The notes below the pieces were generated by a model. That model was not told the origin of the DNA. It did no database searches and saw only the letters and a list, made by a program, of their open reading frames with translations. From the NCBI GenBank assembly GCA_003344405.1, contig NOWV01000025.1, positions 62,001 through 126,000 of the forward strand: a stretch of 64,000 nucleotides of DNA, in the 5' to 3' direction. The DNA comes from Trichoplax sp. H2 (Eukaryota). A program made the position numbers and the translations under genes. Shown in pieces: positions 26,380-39,720 of the stretch; position 1 is the stretch's first letter, and the number at the start of each line of letters is the position of its first letter.

Positions 26380-27150
26380 TGACTTTGTCCATATTCTATT
26401 ACCAATCAATCTATTCCATAGATTAATGAAGATCATGCAATCAGCACCTATGGAATGATCGCACAGTGACAGTAGATGCAGTCAAGATGAGCCAAAACCC
26501 CGTATGAAATTGATTTTGTCCATCTTCTAATACAATATACTCCATAGATTCAATATATTAAGGTTATACAATGAGCACCAATGGAATAATCGCGCAATGC
26601 AGTCCAATGCCTGCAAAGTATCATCAATGGACGGAGAACGGATAGCATAATTAGCAGGGACAGTAGATGCAATCAACATGAGCCAAAATCCTATATTGCA
26701 TTGATTTTGTCTATATTCTAGTACAATATACTCCATCTATTAAGGTCATACAATGAGCATCAATGGAATAATCGCACAGCGCAGTCCAATGCCTGCAAAA
26801 TATCACCAATGGACGGAGAACGGATAGCATAATTAGCAGGGACAGTAGTTGCAGTCAAGGTGAGCCAAAACCCCGTATGCAATTGATTTTGTCCATCTTC
26901 TAATACAATATACTCCATGGATTCAATATATTAAGGTTATACAATGAGCACCAATGGAATCATCGCGCAATGCAGTCCAATGCCTGCAAAGTATTATCAA
27001 TGGACAGAGATTGGATAGCATAATTAGTAGGGACAGTAGTTGCCAAAACCCCGTATGCAATTGATTTTGTCCAGCCTCTAATACAATATACTCCATAGGT
27101 AAAGCCCTAACTATTAAGCACCCTTGGAATGATCGCACACTGCAGTCCAT
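26380..27150. repeat. Tandem repeat, ~185-bp unit, ~4 imperfect copies
   Basis: gagcaccaatggaataatcgc..cagtccaatgcctgcaaa..gatagcataattag..gagccaaaaccccgtatg..tacaatatactccat is repeated. Confidence 0.9.
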
Positions 27151-27608
27151 GGTAGAGCACAATTGAATAGATCATCAAGTGGATCCAAAGCTAAATGCTA
27201 CAACGATCAAACGCGATGCGGAAAATAGCGGAGAGGATTGAAGATCAAAATTAGGCTTTATTGCAATCGGCTACAACAACAGGAGGGATTTGGATAGAAA
27301 TCACACCATAGCTACAACATGCTTAATGTCATTACAACATATTACACGTCGTTTCTGTATTTCCATTCATCACGTCTATTCGTTGACACACGCTCAAGAT
27401 GCTTTTTAGGCTGGTACATGTCGCATTGCTTTACAGCCATTTTAGGCGCTTGAATGTAATGTAAACCTACTGTATTGGCATTAAAATAATCGTACATCAC
27501 CAGTTCTAAAGATGCACAATAATCAGCTTTAGACCAATGTACACTTCTACAATATTGCTACACTCTTATCCTTTGTATCGACAGAACAGATGAGAAATAC
27601 ATCATCGT

Positions 27609-30495
27609 TCAACGAAAAATTACGGATCGATAGAATTGCATTTCTTGAATACTATCTTTAATATCATCCAGGGCTCTAGAAAAGGCAATAAATACCCCAG
27701 CATTAGTTCAAGAAGAAATGACGCTTTTTCTCTCCTATTGCATCATAGAAGGGCAAGAATGCATTGTCAATGCATGTTGCAAAGATCAAGCTGAGATGGA
27801 ATAAAAATATTATTCAAGGTTATAAATACTGCTTACCGATGATTGCATGGCTTGGCAGGTGCTTTGGCAAATTCTTTCGGATACCACCTCCTAATAGACG
27901 TACATACAAGTACCCAGTTTTTAGCCCAAAATACACAGATAGTTTGTCTGGATAATAGCATGCGCTACTGCGAGGCATTAACTAGCAACTGCATTGGATA
28001 TCAATATATTTTATCGCGCAAGTTTGATCCAATTACCTGCACAGTTCTTTGATGGTCGAAACATCAACAATTCTGTAATGCAGGTGGTCGACAAATTGTG
28101 GCATATATTTCTCTAAAAATTTCTGATCCATATACACGGTATTCCCAGCTAAGGGACAGCGCTTTGGTAATGTATGTTGACGAACAAAATCTAACATGGT
28201 ATTTTCCGCTTGTTGTAATGAGATCGTTGAAGATTTGACAGCATTGGTTAACCCAGACTAGGGAGAGGAAAAATGGCAATTTTTCATGGACAATTTTAAA
28301 CATGCCATGAATAAAGTGACTATCAATATTGCCTTCAGAACAATTCTAGGCCACTATCAATGATGTGTACATGAAATACTCGAATAAAAGTGCCAACATC
28401 GATGATGCAAACTGGGCCAGTAGATCAGCAAATACAGTAGTTTAACATTACTTTCATCAAGGGTTTACTTTCACACGCTAGCAGCAGCAAGTAGTGTATT
28501 ATTGGCTTACCTTTCCATGATGTTCAGTGCACCATTCATTCATATTATCCATAATACTATCAGGTTGATGGATAACCAATGTAGGAGCCTAACATAATGA
28601 CGGAAAGTAAGCATCAACGAATGCAGAGTAGAGTACCTATAAATGCATTAGATACTGTATAAATAGACACACAATATCTGTTCATAATAATGATTGGATC
28701 CCAAAATACTACAGTTTGGCCATAATCATTACCTCTGCAGCAATATTTAAGTTGCCATCGGTAATAATGCAGGCCATTTCTATGATATGGCATGAGTTGA
28801 CGTCCAACCCTTAATTCATAAAAATAATGATGCAAATGCGTATAAATGTGGATGATAATATCATGATCACATTGAAAGGATATTTCAGCTGTTATGCATG
28901 ATTGCATGATTAGTATTGATTTCGTGGTTGATTGAAGAAGAGACCTAAAGCAATTTTACAGTCGATGTATACTCGTATACCTGTATGCACATTGTTTTAT
29001 TACTAATCATCCATCCATGACTAACAATATACGACTACAGTTTGATTCACTTAATAAAAAAATGGTTTAATAGTGGATTGAAGAAGAGACCTAGAGCAAT
29101 TTTACAGTCGATGTATACTCATATAGCTGTATACACATTGCTTCATGATTAATTATCCATCCATGACTAACAATATACGACTAGAGTTTGATTAACTTCA
29201 TAAAAATAATAGTGGTGCAAATACGTATATAGATAGACGTAGAGGATATGACGATCACATTGAAAGGATATTTCAACTGTTATGCATGATTGCCTTATTA
29301 GTATTGGTTGAATAGTTGATTGAAGAAGAGACCTAGAGCAATTTTATAGTCGATGTATACTCATATAGCTGTACGCACATTGCTTCATAATTAATTATCC
29401 ATCTATGACTAACAATATACGACTACAGTTTGATTAACTTCATAAAAATAATAGTGGTGCAAATACGTATATAGATAGACGTAGAGGATATCCCGATCAC
29501 ATTGAAAGGATATTTCAACTGTTATGCATGATTGCCTTATTAGTATTGGTTGAATAGTGGATTGAAGAAGAGACCTAATGCAATTTTACAATCAATGTAT
29601 GCTCATATAGCTGTATACACATAGCTTCATTATTAATTATCCATCCATTACTAAATACGTAAATGCAAATACGTATATAGATAGACGTAGAGGATATCAC
29701 GATCACATTGAAAGGATATTTCAACTGTTATGCATGATTGCATTATTAGTATTGGTTGAATAGTGGATTGAAGAAGGGACCTAGAGCAATTTTACAGTCG
29801 ATGTATACTCATATAGCTGTATGCACATTGCTTCATGATTCATTATCCATCCATGACTAACAATATACGACTACAGTTTGATTAACTTCATAAAAATAAT
29901 AGTGGTGTAAATACGTATATAGATAGACGTAGAGGATATCACGATCACATTGAAAGGATATTTCAACTGTTATGCATGATTGCCTTATTAGTATTGGTTG
30001 AATAGTGGATTGAAGAAGAGACCTAGAGCAATTTTACAGTCGATGTATACTCGTATAGCTGTATGCACATTGCTTCATGATTCATTATCCATCCATGACT
30101 AACAATATACGACTAGAGCAGTGACAATATTGATGGTAAATTTTCAATTATCAATGGCTAACATCATTGGATCAGATCTACGTTGACAAGCACCGTCCTA
30201 CTATCCTACCTGTCATCTATGGACATAAAAGGGGGAAAAAAATGGTAGTCAGAGACAAAATCTGCAACATCCTAAACTATTACCAATCAATCCAGTCGTC
30301 CATGCAGTAATTACTTTTTTTACATAGCGTAAATGTACCTCGATCGTGGTAAAGCCTTACCTCTAAATCGACCCAAATTAAACGATCGGTCGTTTTTGCT
30401 AAAGCATTAGCGGTCTTGGCAGACATTTGTCGATAGTGTAAGAACGTTCCTTTCTGCAATACACTAAGGAAAGAGCGTGATAATGAACGGATCAT
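27609..30495 (-). CDS. REXO2: Oligoribonuclease (DEDDh 3'-5' exonuclease) with mitochondrial presequence; exons 30495-30361, 30216-30210, 28809-28733, 28588-28511, 28257-28037, ~27890-27837, ~27676-27609
   Basis: Spliced protein ...[65 protein letters not shown]...[41 protein letters not shown]...[18 protein letters not shown] is classic Orn/REXO2. Confidence 0.95.
28860..30118. repeat. Tandem repeat, ~240-bp unit, ~5 copies, inside a REXO2 intron
   Basis: gatcacattgaaaggatatttcaactgttatgcatgattg..gattgaagaagagacctagagcaattttacagtcgatgtatactc..ccatccatgactaacaatatacgac is repeated. Confidence 0.95.
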
Positions 30496-31100
30496 TTAGC
30501 TGGATATGATGATGGAAAATCAATCTCAGCAGCAAACCAATGCCAGTAGAACTGTTAACTTTCCACTATAGCACTGCAATGCTGATGGTAGAATCCTTGG
30601 CGACTATCTCCATCAGCAATGTCCAGCAAAATTTGACCTTTCCTGTTCAACATGCAAACCCCATACTATACCGTCTACGCTGTGGACTATTCAATACACA
30701 CGATAGAGTAGAGTAGGCAACATCTAACATGGGAAATATCCTGGATTTAATGCACTTTGTATAGGATAGTCGATCCATTTTCTTCCTACCCAATTTCCTT
30801 TAATTTATTCCATAAATGAGTACTATGGACTATCCACTCAGTAACCAGTACTCCTGGAGACATTAAATCAAGAGGAAATCGCAGCACTAGACTACTTGCA
30901 CCAACTTTGCATACTACCACTGCATTGCAGCCATCGACCATCGAAGGGAGAAAGTGAATGTTGGCTACCAATAATGTCTAAATCGACGTTATGAAAGCAA
31001 GAAATTGTGGTAGTTAAAGAGAGTATGGGAAGCTATTGAATGTATATCTTGATTGGAATTGATTCTTGCATGCTTTGAACTGGAAATTAGCGACGCAATC

Positions 31101-34100
31101 ATGTTTCAAGTGACACCACTCCAAAATAATTTTCCTTATATCAAGGGGCACAAGGTAGATGGCGAAGGGATGAATTTCTTCTCCAATTCATTCTAATCAT
31201 CGATCTTGTCTAGGCCTTGATTGTTCAATGCAATGCTGTAATTTCTTGTCTCTATCTATCTCTTCTGTTATTGGTAATCATTCCGATATTAGGACTTTTA
31301 TCAGATGTTTGCAGACGGCGACGATGATATCGTGATAACTTCTTTCACAATGTGGTCTACTCCTGGCCATTTTTATACCTTAATCAACGGTAATATACTA
31401 CTTTAGTGCTACATGTATTCTCCATGAAAAATAGGATAAATGTCGGTGGGGGAGAAAAAGAATTGCAAGCAGTACATTTCTCTATCTACAATACATACTT
31501 GATTGTCAATCACGATCGGTAATAGCTCATAAATAGCGCCCCTTGTTGATATTTTGATTCAAAATGAACACCCATGGCAATCCATCTTTTTGAATTGATG
31601 GTCATCCTTTGATTGACATGGATTTCAGTAGATGACCACACTCGTTATTCATTTCTTGAATGTATTCTGGTATTTATCATCTTAGGAGATTCTTTTTATG
31701 CATTCGACATTATTGGTAAAAATGGATGTAAGGAATTGCAACGACTCCATTCTCTTCCAGCGGATAGTGAAACTGCTAAGGTTAGCTGGTATAAATCTTG
31801 ATGTAGGATGATCCTTGGGCATAATTGTATCTTCACTTGCTCCATTTTTCAATATTTTACCAATGGAAAATATGATGAACTGTTTTGAAAGCTGATGGTA
31901 TCCATGTCTGTTCTCCATAATTGTAGATTCTACATTCCGCCAAGTTGGTTATTCCCTGTAAAAAATCACCAGTAGTTGGTGTATGCTATCATAATGAAGA
32001 TCCACAACAAATTTATATTGTAAGTTTGGTAAATAGATCAGCATGGATCCATGTTACAAAAATACAGTATCAAGTTAGAAGTTTCTTCTATGCTCGAAAT
32101 CGAGCTAAATTACATTGTTCATGAGTCGACATTTTTGGGATAATTCCAGATTTGTGAATTATTCAGACAGTATCTGTTACAAACTCTGGCTTCTCCAATA
32201 TGACCTATAGTAGTAGTCTATTTCACCATTTTTATTTCAAAAAATGCTATAATTAGGTTCACCAAAATGGAGATACCGAATTATGGAAGTACACACTTGT
32301 GGGTCGCAACTATTGCTGGAAAAATACAGGTATGCGAATGGAGATATTCGCCTCGGCGTTGTGTCATTATATATATATATGATGTATACGTATACCGTAA
32401 ATCCATCTTAATGCAGTTTACTAGTGGCGGTTTCAACAACTACATGTACTTTCACGATTACAAGATGTATACTGTAGTGACTTTCCATGATATTATGCAG
32501 GATGCAATTGCTTTCCTGTGTTATTGGAAATAATATCCTAACGAATGTATTAGCATCGAAATATCCAATCCATTATTCTTATTCTTAACTTGGCTGAAAG
32601 TCTCAGTAGAGTAAATTTATTATATACGTCGTATATTATAATTCTTATTTACCATGTAGGGACGTACACGCTATGCACCAGTACTAGAACTTCCGTCTCT
32701 TCCGTTATGATACACAGTCAATTAGACACAATTATTTGGTGCGAAAGAAGACGATCTGGTACAAATTGCAATAACTTTGAATACAAAATATTACTTAATG
32801 GTTGCTAACTGATCGCAATGATGACATTGATACAAGGTCAAATAGGTGACGAGGATTGCTGTATTTGTACCAGAAAGTTGGATCGATGTAAGTCTTAGTA
32901 ATATCATGATTTATATCGTACTTGTATTAAACTTTCAACCCAATTCTTAACATACAAATCGCTCATGTTCCTTTATTGCTTGTTGTTACATCATTTTCGG
33001 TCCAAAAATACATCGTGGGTGTGCTTATATGATACAACTTTTAATTTGGATTTATATGTAATCGAATGCTTGTACTGATTTCCACCAATCATTAGCTAAT
33101 GATGCAGTTAAATTTGGTACTGCAAGTGTTATCCTTCATCACTGTCCTGATATTGACATTTACCCACATAAAGATGGCATATATATAGTTGCCAAGTAAG
33201 GGAAACTATTGGCGTCAATTTATTGAGTACACATGAAAAAAAAGTAGCCGTGATTGATATTAATACCTAAATTATTATTTTCTCAACTTGCGTAATGCAT
33301 TTGAGATCAAACATAACTTCAAATTTCAATTTATCCTATATAGGCAACCATGCGATTTAATTCTTTTCAGTAATGTAGATGCAACCAATACATTTTTGGT
33401 ATGAAATTATAATACTGTTGAGTGGTTTTGAAATGTCTTTTATCTTAATATTTTGTATGAGTGGTACTAATAACGCAATCAACTAATCATTAACTGGTAG
33501 TTACACTTATGGAATAAAGATACCTTTGATACATCGCATATTAAAGAATCGGACTATCGCGCAATTATTGATCATTATTCGTACGCCTGGATCAATGTTA
33601 GTATTAGAGTCCTGATAGGATTAGTAACTTTATGGCTATGCATTAATTAAATATTGAATTGCTTTTATATTCTTTCTTTAACGAAGTATAATTTCGCTTT
33701 CATGTCAGGACTCGACAGTTAGTAAAATTTTAGACGTGATGGTCGACCTTGATACACAGAGAATATATATTATTGATAGCGCATGTGGGGTATCCTTACT
33801 TACTTACGAGCAAGGTTTGCTCGGCTTTATAAATGCTATTATTCAATTCAACATTAGGTAAATTTTATTTTTAATATATTGCTATTGCCATGTGCAATTT
33901 CTTGCAGGTGACCTGGAAATTAGTTATTTATATAGCATCAATTTAGCAGACGCTGATGTTAAGAAAGTAGTGAACGGAAAACATCGATTGCAAGGCTTCA
34001 TCTTAAATCTTTTTCTTGGTATTATATCACATAATGGCCAAATTAGGTTTGTGATATTAACTACTGTATATAAAGTTTCGGCAAGACTTATGGTGTAGAC

Positions 34101-37100
34101 TAACAGATAGATTTTATATATCTGCATGGCAACTTATTATTTAGGATGTACGAAATTAACTCTGGAATACTGACATGGACATCAGATAGCTTTCCTTCCC
34201 CTCATGATACCATTTTTCAACTTTGGAAATATAATTCTCCTATATCCCATGTTGGTGTATATTTACTTGGCCTTGGAATTTTCATACTAGAGGTGACTTG
34301 CCCTATTCTGTCATATTGTACAGTATACTGTATTGTAGAATTTGCATTGTCAAGTGGAAAAGTCAACTACTATTCGCATACTGATATACTTCAATATTGA
34401 CCTAGAATGTCGACATTGCAAAGCAAGCACAGCAACTTGAAAGAGTGGTATCTGAAGGCGAAAATTTAGAGGTTCAAAATTATTTGCGCTTGAATCGTTA
34501 TTTTTGAAAATAACACTTTGAAATTTAAGTTAATTTTATCCTCCGTTGACTTAACTAGTAAAACATCTTCATAAAGCAATGTTATGTCTTTATTTCTCCT
34601 ATCACGCAGAATTTTCAATTAAATTTGGCCATCAAACACAGCATGTTATGGTCTCGTTATCAGCTTGCATATCGACAAGTAATCAACTTTATAAGCAAGG
34701 TATAGATTGTGTATATCAACCATTAAGATATCAGTTCTAATTTATGGCTCATTAAAGCAAGGCTGTTGTATTATTCATGCACGTAAATTGCATTTTATTG
34801 AATTGTTTTTGTCGATTTATTTTTCGTAGGCTACAAATACAGCGAAAAGTTTTTCCTTAGCATTAGAGACTAAGATATCTAAAGAGGTAGAAAACTTTTA
34901 TAATCTGTTTTAGTTACGCGTTATTCTTGTAATCAATGTATAGGTACAAAATTATTGCTATTGATTTATTCAATATTTTTACTTAGACCATACAAGAATG
35001 TTTACGATCTTCTCCTTACAGTCCAACGTTGATATTGGCTAGTCTTTTACAAGTACAAATCTCTAAATTTAAAAAACTAATTGAAAAAAAATCATTATTA
35101 CAATACTTACTAATCCACTTCTTATATTTTATCAGTATCCTCCAACTGTTTATGACTTCACCTATAACTATATAGAAAATTACGTAGAATACTATCAGTC
35201 TGTCTTAGGTAGTATTGATGTTACAAGTAAGAGTTGATATAGATTTACCTTATAACATTATTGAATTAATTTCTTATGCAGCCACAACTGCTGAACCTGT
35301 TAAGAAGCAACGAAATTTCTTGCTAGATATGGGTGAGCTTATACCATCATATTTATTTAGCTTTCTTATAGCTTTTAATCTAGAACAGTAATTTGATGGT
35401 GTAATTGATTCTTGTATGAAATGCAGTGCCAGTATTCGAAAATTATTTAAACATTGTTCGAGAACATCGGAAAATAATTAGTGGAGTAGAAGATGCGATA
35501 CCTAAGGTACGAAGTGTGTTATCAATTTCTGTTGTCTAAATGTAATTCACGATTGAAATCATGCATTGACAGGAAGATGTTGAGATTGACCTCCCAAATA
35601 TCGTTAAAGATATGTTGATTGAAATTTATACAGGGCCATCTACCTCTAATGAAGGTAGTTCACCGCAATAGATGAAATTTTCCTCCGCTTGACTCTACGT
35701 TTCTTAATATTATTGTTTCTACCCTAGTTGCTTTATATCAGGATATAGATGCAGTCTGTACATCTTCTGTAACAAGCTTTATTCAAGGATATCTTTTATA
35801 TCTAGGAATGAAGATTGGCCACGGTATTTTTCATAAATAGTAAAATATACTAGCGAAATCGTTATAATCTAATTTGTCTAAGATAAAGGTCGTCAAATCC
35901 TCTTTTACAATTGCAGATGGTTCAAGTATAAAAATTATCGAGGAAAATGAAAATTGGAAATCATTGCTAGATTGTGACGTTATTCATGAAGAAGCCGAGG
36001 TAGTTGCATTTTATGGTATAAATTTGATGTTACCCATTACACTCTGTGGGTAATATTTAAATTATCCTTGTTTTATTTCAATTTTTAGCTGGAATTGTAC
36101 AAAAAGTCTTCAATATTTCGAACGTTCTGTAGGGTATTATATCGCGAGTCAGCAACTGCATTGGTAATACAAATTGCATAACTAGTTATTCTCTAAAAAA
36201 TTCTTAACTGATAATATACTGTTTGTTAGGTCCCTTTGCTAAAAATTTTGCATGAAAAGTTCAAGTCTATGGAAGATACATTTTCTTATAGTCAGCGTAA
36301 AGTTCGTGTCATAAAATGTTGTGTTTAAATGAGCAATGGTAACTTTTACCGACAGTTTTACTAACGTACAATAACCTAAACATACAGAATATATTTAGTG
36401 AGATACGTGCAGTCTTGCCGTCACTACACCCTTGTCGTATCGAGGAAACAACCTCTGAGATGATTTCAGCATATACAGAATTAACACTTTTAAGGTAAGT
36501 TGCTACAATTGTATGATTTTGGCATACGTTACGATACCATGCCTTATTAAAATAATGTCAATCTTTCATTCCTAATTTTACTGCGTTAACTGTGTGTGAT
36601 AGTGAGGATGATTTCTGTGAAAATATGGCTCTTAGAACATTTATATTTTATTCGAAGTGGGAAGATGCTATCGCCTTTACGAGCTCTTATAATAATAATG
36701 TAAGATTGGATAGATGATGATAAAGTAGAAAATTTCCTTTTTATGTTATTTTTTATTATAGAAACACAATGATTGTCTATTGTAACACTCCATGTGATAA
36801 TTTGATTGATTAAGAGTCAATTATATCGGTGTAAGCATAATGCTGGATACTGATACCACTCTTCTTGTTTACTGTTGATAATTTTAAAGATGTTCTAATT
36901 GCATATAATGTAATCTTATCTTTGTAATGTAGACGTTAATACAAAAGGAATTGTTCCATATACTGATAACCGAAATGTTAAAAGTAAGCTAATTATTACA
37001 GTATACGCGTTTGTAGATGCGCTTATAGCTAAGCTCTACATTAATATTATCACCAATACATCATGTGCAAGTTAGACCAGCACGAAAGAAGCTGCTAGTA

Positions 37101-37687
37101 TTTTTATTTTAATGAATTGTAGGCTGGCATCCTTAATGTTTATAGCAAATTATTGTGGAATGCGATTCCACAAGATATGAGGTTTGCTGTAGATAGTATG
37201 CTTGAAAACGTTATTCTGCAAAAAAAGGTTGAATACTAATCAGTGCTCTTGTTTGTAGCCTAATTGCATTACTTACGTTGCTAAATGATCATCTTTGTCC
37301 AAGAAGTTTAACCGTAAATCAAGGTATGTATAGTTGAAATGAATTTAAATTATCGTGTGGATTTTACCTTAGCTGATACGCTGACTGGGCTATATAATGT
37401 TAATGATTGCAATTTGTAGGCAATGTGTATTACGTACAGAATAACAAGGATGTATCTGTAAGTAACAAGAACTTTGGATTTTCTCATTATTCTTAGCTCA
37501 CTACTGTACAAAGTTTGAAGGATGAGTACTTATTGAAAGATAGCTACAGGAAGGATTCTAGAGTTGAACAAAGATTTTATTCATTTTTGTAAATTGTAAA
37601 TGTACCGCTGTTGATGATTATTACTAGATCGGAGCGGTTAAGGATCAGTTTAAGAAGATGCTTTCTGCGGATTTAGAGCGGAAATGA
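31101..37687 (+). CDS. HPS6: BLOC-2 complex subunit HPS6 homolog, many (>20) small exons; start codon and some internal exons approximate
   Basis: Exons VHQNGDTELWKY..CWKNT|GTYTLCTSTRTSVSSV..IIWCERRRSG|DEDCCICTRKL|..VILHHCPDIDIY..IYIV resemble HPS6 (LVWESGLAEVW..LC..LVWCEER..HCVCVRTL..VLLHHCP). The final exon is IGAVKDQFKKMLSADLERK* at 37628-37687. Confidence 0.75.
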
Positions 37688-38549
37688 GACCCGCTAAAAT
37701 TGAATTGTGAATAAGGACACGATACCGTTGTATCCCCAAGTTTGCTACTTTATAAGATGTTACGATTATTAATATACTGTATGTATGTACGAACGTACCT
37801 GGTAGACATGGAGACAGATGTTTATTTTTTTATATTGATTTTTTATCTTTGATTTCATTATTAAAAGCTTTTAAGTGCAATTTAAGCATGTGCCTACAGT
37901 TCTTGAGAGCTTATTACAATTCAGTATGTGCTTATAGTTGACAGTTTAATAGATGGTATGATATGAATGATTGGTATATCTTCTGTAAGTGAAACAAGGA
38001 TGACAAATTCATAACGGTTTGTCAAGGAATTTTGATGATGAATTACTTGTAAAGGATATCATTGGATAATGATACTGAATGGCACTCGTAGAAAGAACTG
38101 GTTATTATGTTGTTGTATACGTGTACATTTATAAAGTATGGTAGTGCATGCTTTTTAGAATGCTAAGCTCCATTACCCTTTGTAGTAAGTGCATGCAGAA
38201 AATAAGCGCCATTTTTTAGTAATTTATGGTAGTAACAATGATCTGTATAAATGGATACTGTTGTCTGCATTGATATCAGTTAATACAAGTTATAGGGCTA
38301 GTTTCTATGGCTTCATCGATGAATGGACGCTAAGCTATGATGTAAAGTATTCTGAACGATTTGCTAGTCCAGCAAGAAAGATGTTGAAAATTATTTGAGT
38401 GATACAATCGTAGTAACTCTGTACACCTCTTTTGGATTGTATTTAGGAAAGCAATTTTACTTTCTGTTGGGGTATCACTCTATTAAACTAGTAGACACAG
38501 TAGCGTATTCTGTTTAATAAATTGTCAATCTTTAGATATTCCATTTACG

Positions 38550-39720
38550 AGTGAGTGGCGCTCCACAGCGGTCAGCTCCTCATCTCACAGCACAAAGTGC
38601 ATACGAATGCAGTAGTTGCCTATTCTTCGGAGTCGGAAGAATAGGCAGTTGCTCCTAAAATATCCAAAACTACTGTAGTACTGTAAAAGAGAGAGAGAGA
38701 GAGTGGCGCTCCACAGCGATCAGCTCCTCATCTCAGTGCACAAAGTGGACACATACAAATGTAGAGCTCCCTATTCTTCGGAGTCGGAAGAATAGGCAGT
38801 TCTTGCTCCAAAAATATTCAAAACTACTGTAGTACTGTAAAAGAGAGAGAGAGAGAGTGGCGCTCCACAGCGATCAGCTCCTCATCTCAGTGCACAAAGT
38901 GGACACATACAAATGTAGAGCTCCCTATTCTTCGGAGCCGGAAGAATAGGCAGTTGCTCTAAAAATATCCAAAACTACTGTAGTACTGTAAAAGAGAGAG
39001 AGTGGCGCTCCACAGCGATCAGCTGCTCCTCGTCTCAGTGCACAAAGTGGACACATACAATTATGATACAAATATAGAGCTCCCTATTCTTCGGAGTCGG
39101 AAGAATAGGCAGTTGCTCCTAAAATATCCAAAACTACTGTAGTACTGTAAAAGAGAGAGAGTGGCGCTCCACAGCGATCAGCTCCTCATCTCAGTGCACA
39201 AAGTGGACACATACAAATGTAGAGCTCCCTATTCTTCGGAGTCGGAAGAATAGGCAGTTGCTCCTTAAATATCCAAAACTACTGTAGTACTGTAAAAGAG
39301 AGAGAGTAAGTGGCGCTCCACAGCGATCAGCTCCTCATCTCAGCGCACAAAGTGGACACATAAAAATGTAGAGCTCCCTATTCTTCGGAGTCGGAAGAAT
39401 AGGCAGTTGCTCCTAAAATATCCAAAACTACTGCAGTACTGTAAAAGAGAGAGAGAGAGGAAATGCACATGAATGCAGAGTAGAGGAAGACCATGCTAAA
39501 ATGTCCAAACTACGGCAGCAGTCGTGCAAGAGAGAGAGAGAGACGCTGCACAGCGCTCAATCTGTAGTGTACTTGCTCATCTCATTACACATGAGTGTAG
39601 AGTAGAGGAAGACCATGCTAAAATGTCCAAACTACGGCGGCAGTAGTGCAAGAGAGAGAGAGAGACGCTGCTCATCTCAGTTCATCAAGTGGACATGAAT
39701 CGAGAGTAGACCGTCCTAAA
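38550..39720. repeat. Satellite of ~145-bp units (6 copies plus a degenerate tail), each with a perfect hairpin and a (GA)n tract
   Basis: Unit: gagtggcgctccacagcgatcagctcctcatctcag..CCTATTCTTC-ggagtcg-GAAGAATAGG..ccaaaactactgtagtactgtaaaa(ga)n. Confidence 0.95.

Noticed and set aside
38550..39460. CRISPR-like array (palindromic repeat at regular spacing)
   Set aside because: The sequence between hairpins is itself repeated rather than unique spacers. There are no cas genes and the context is eukaryotic.
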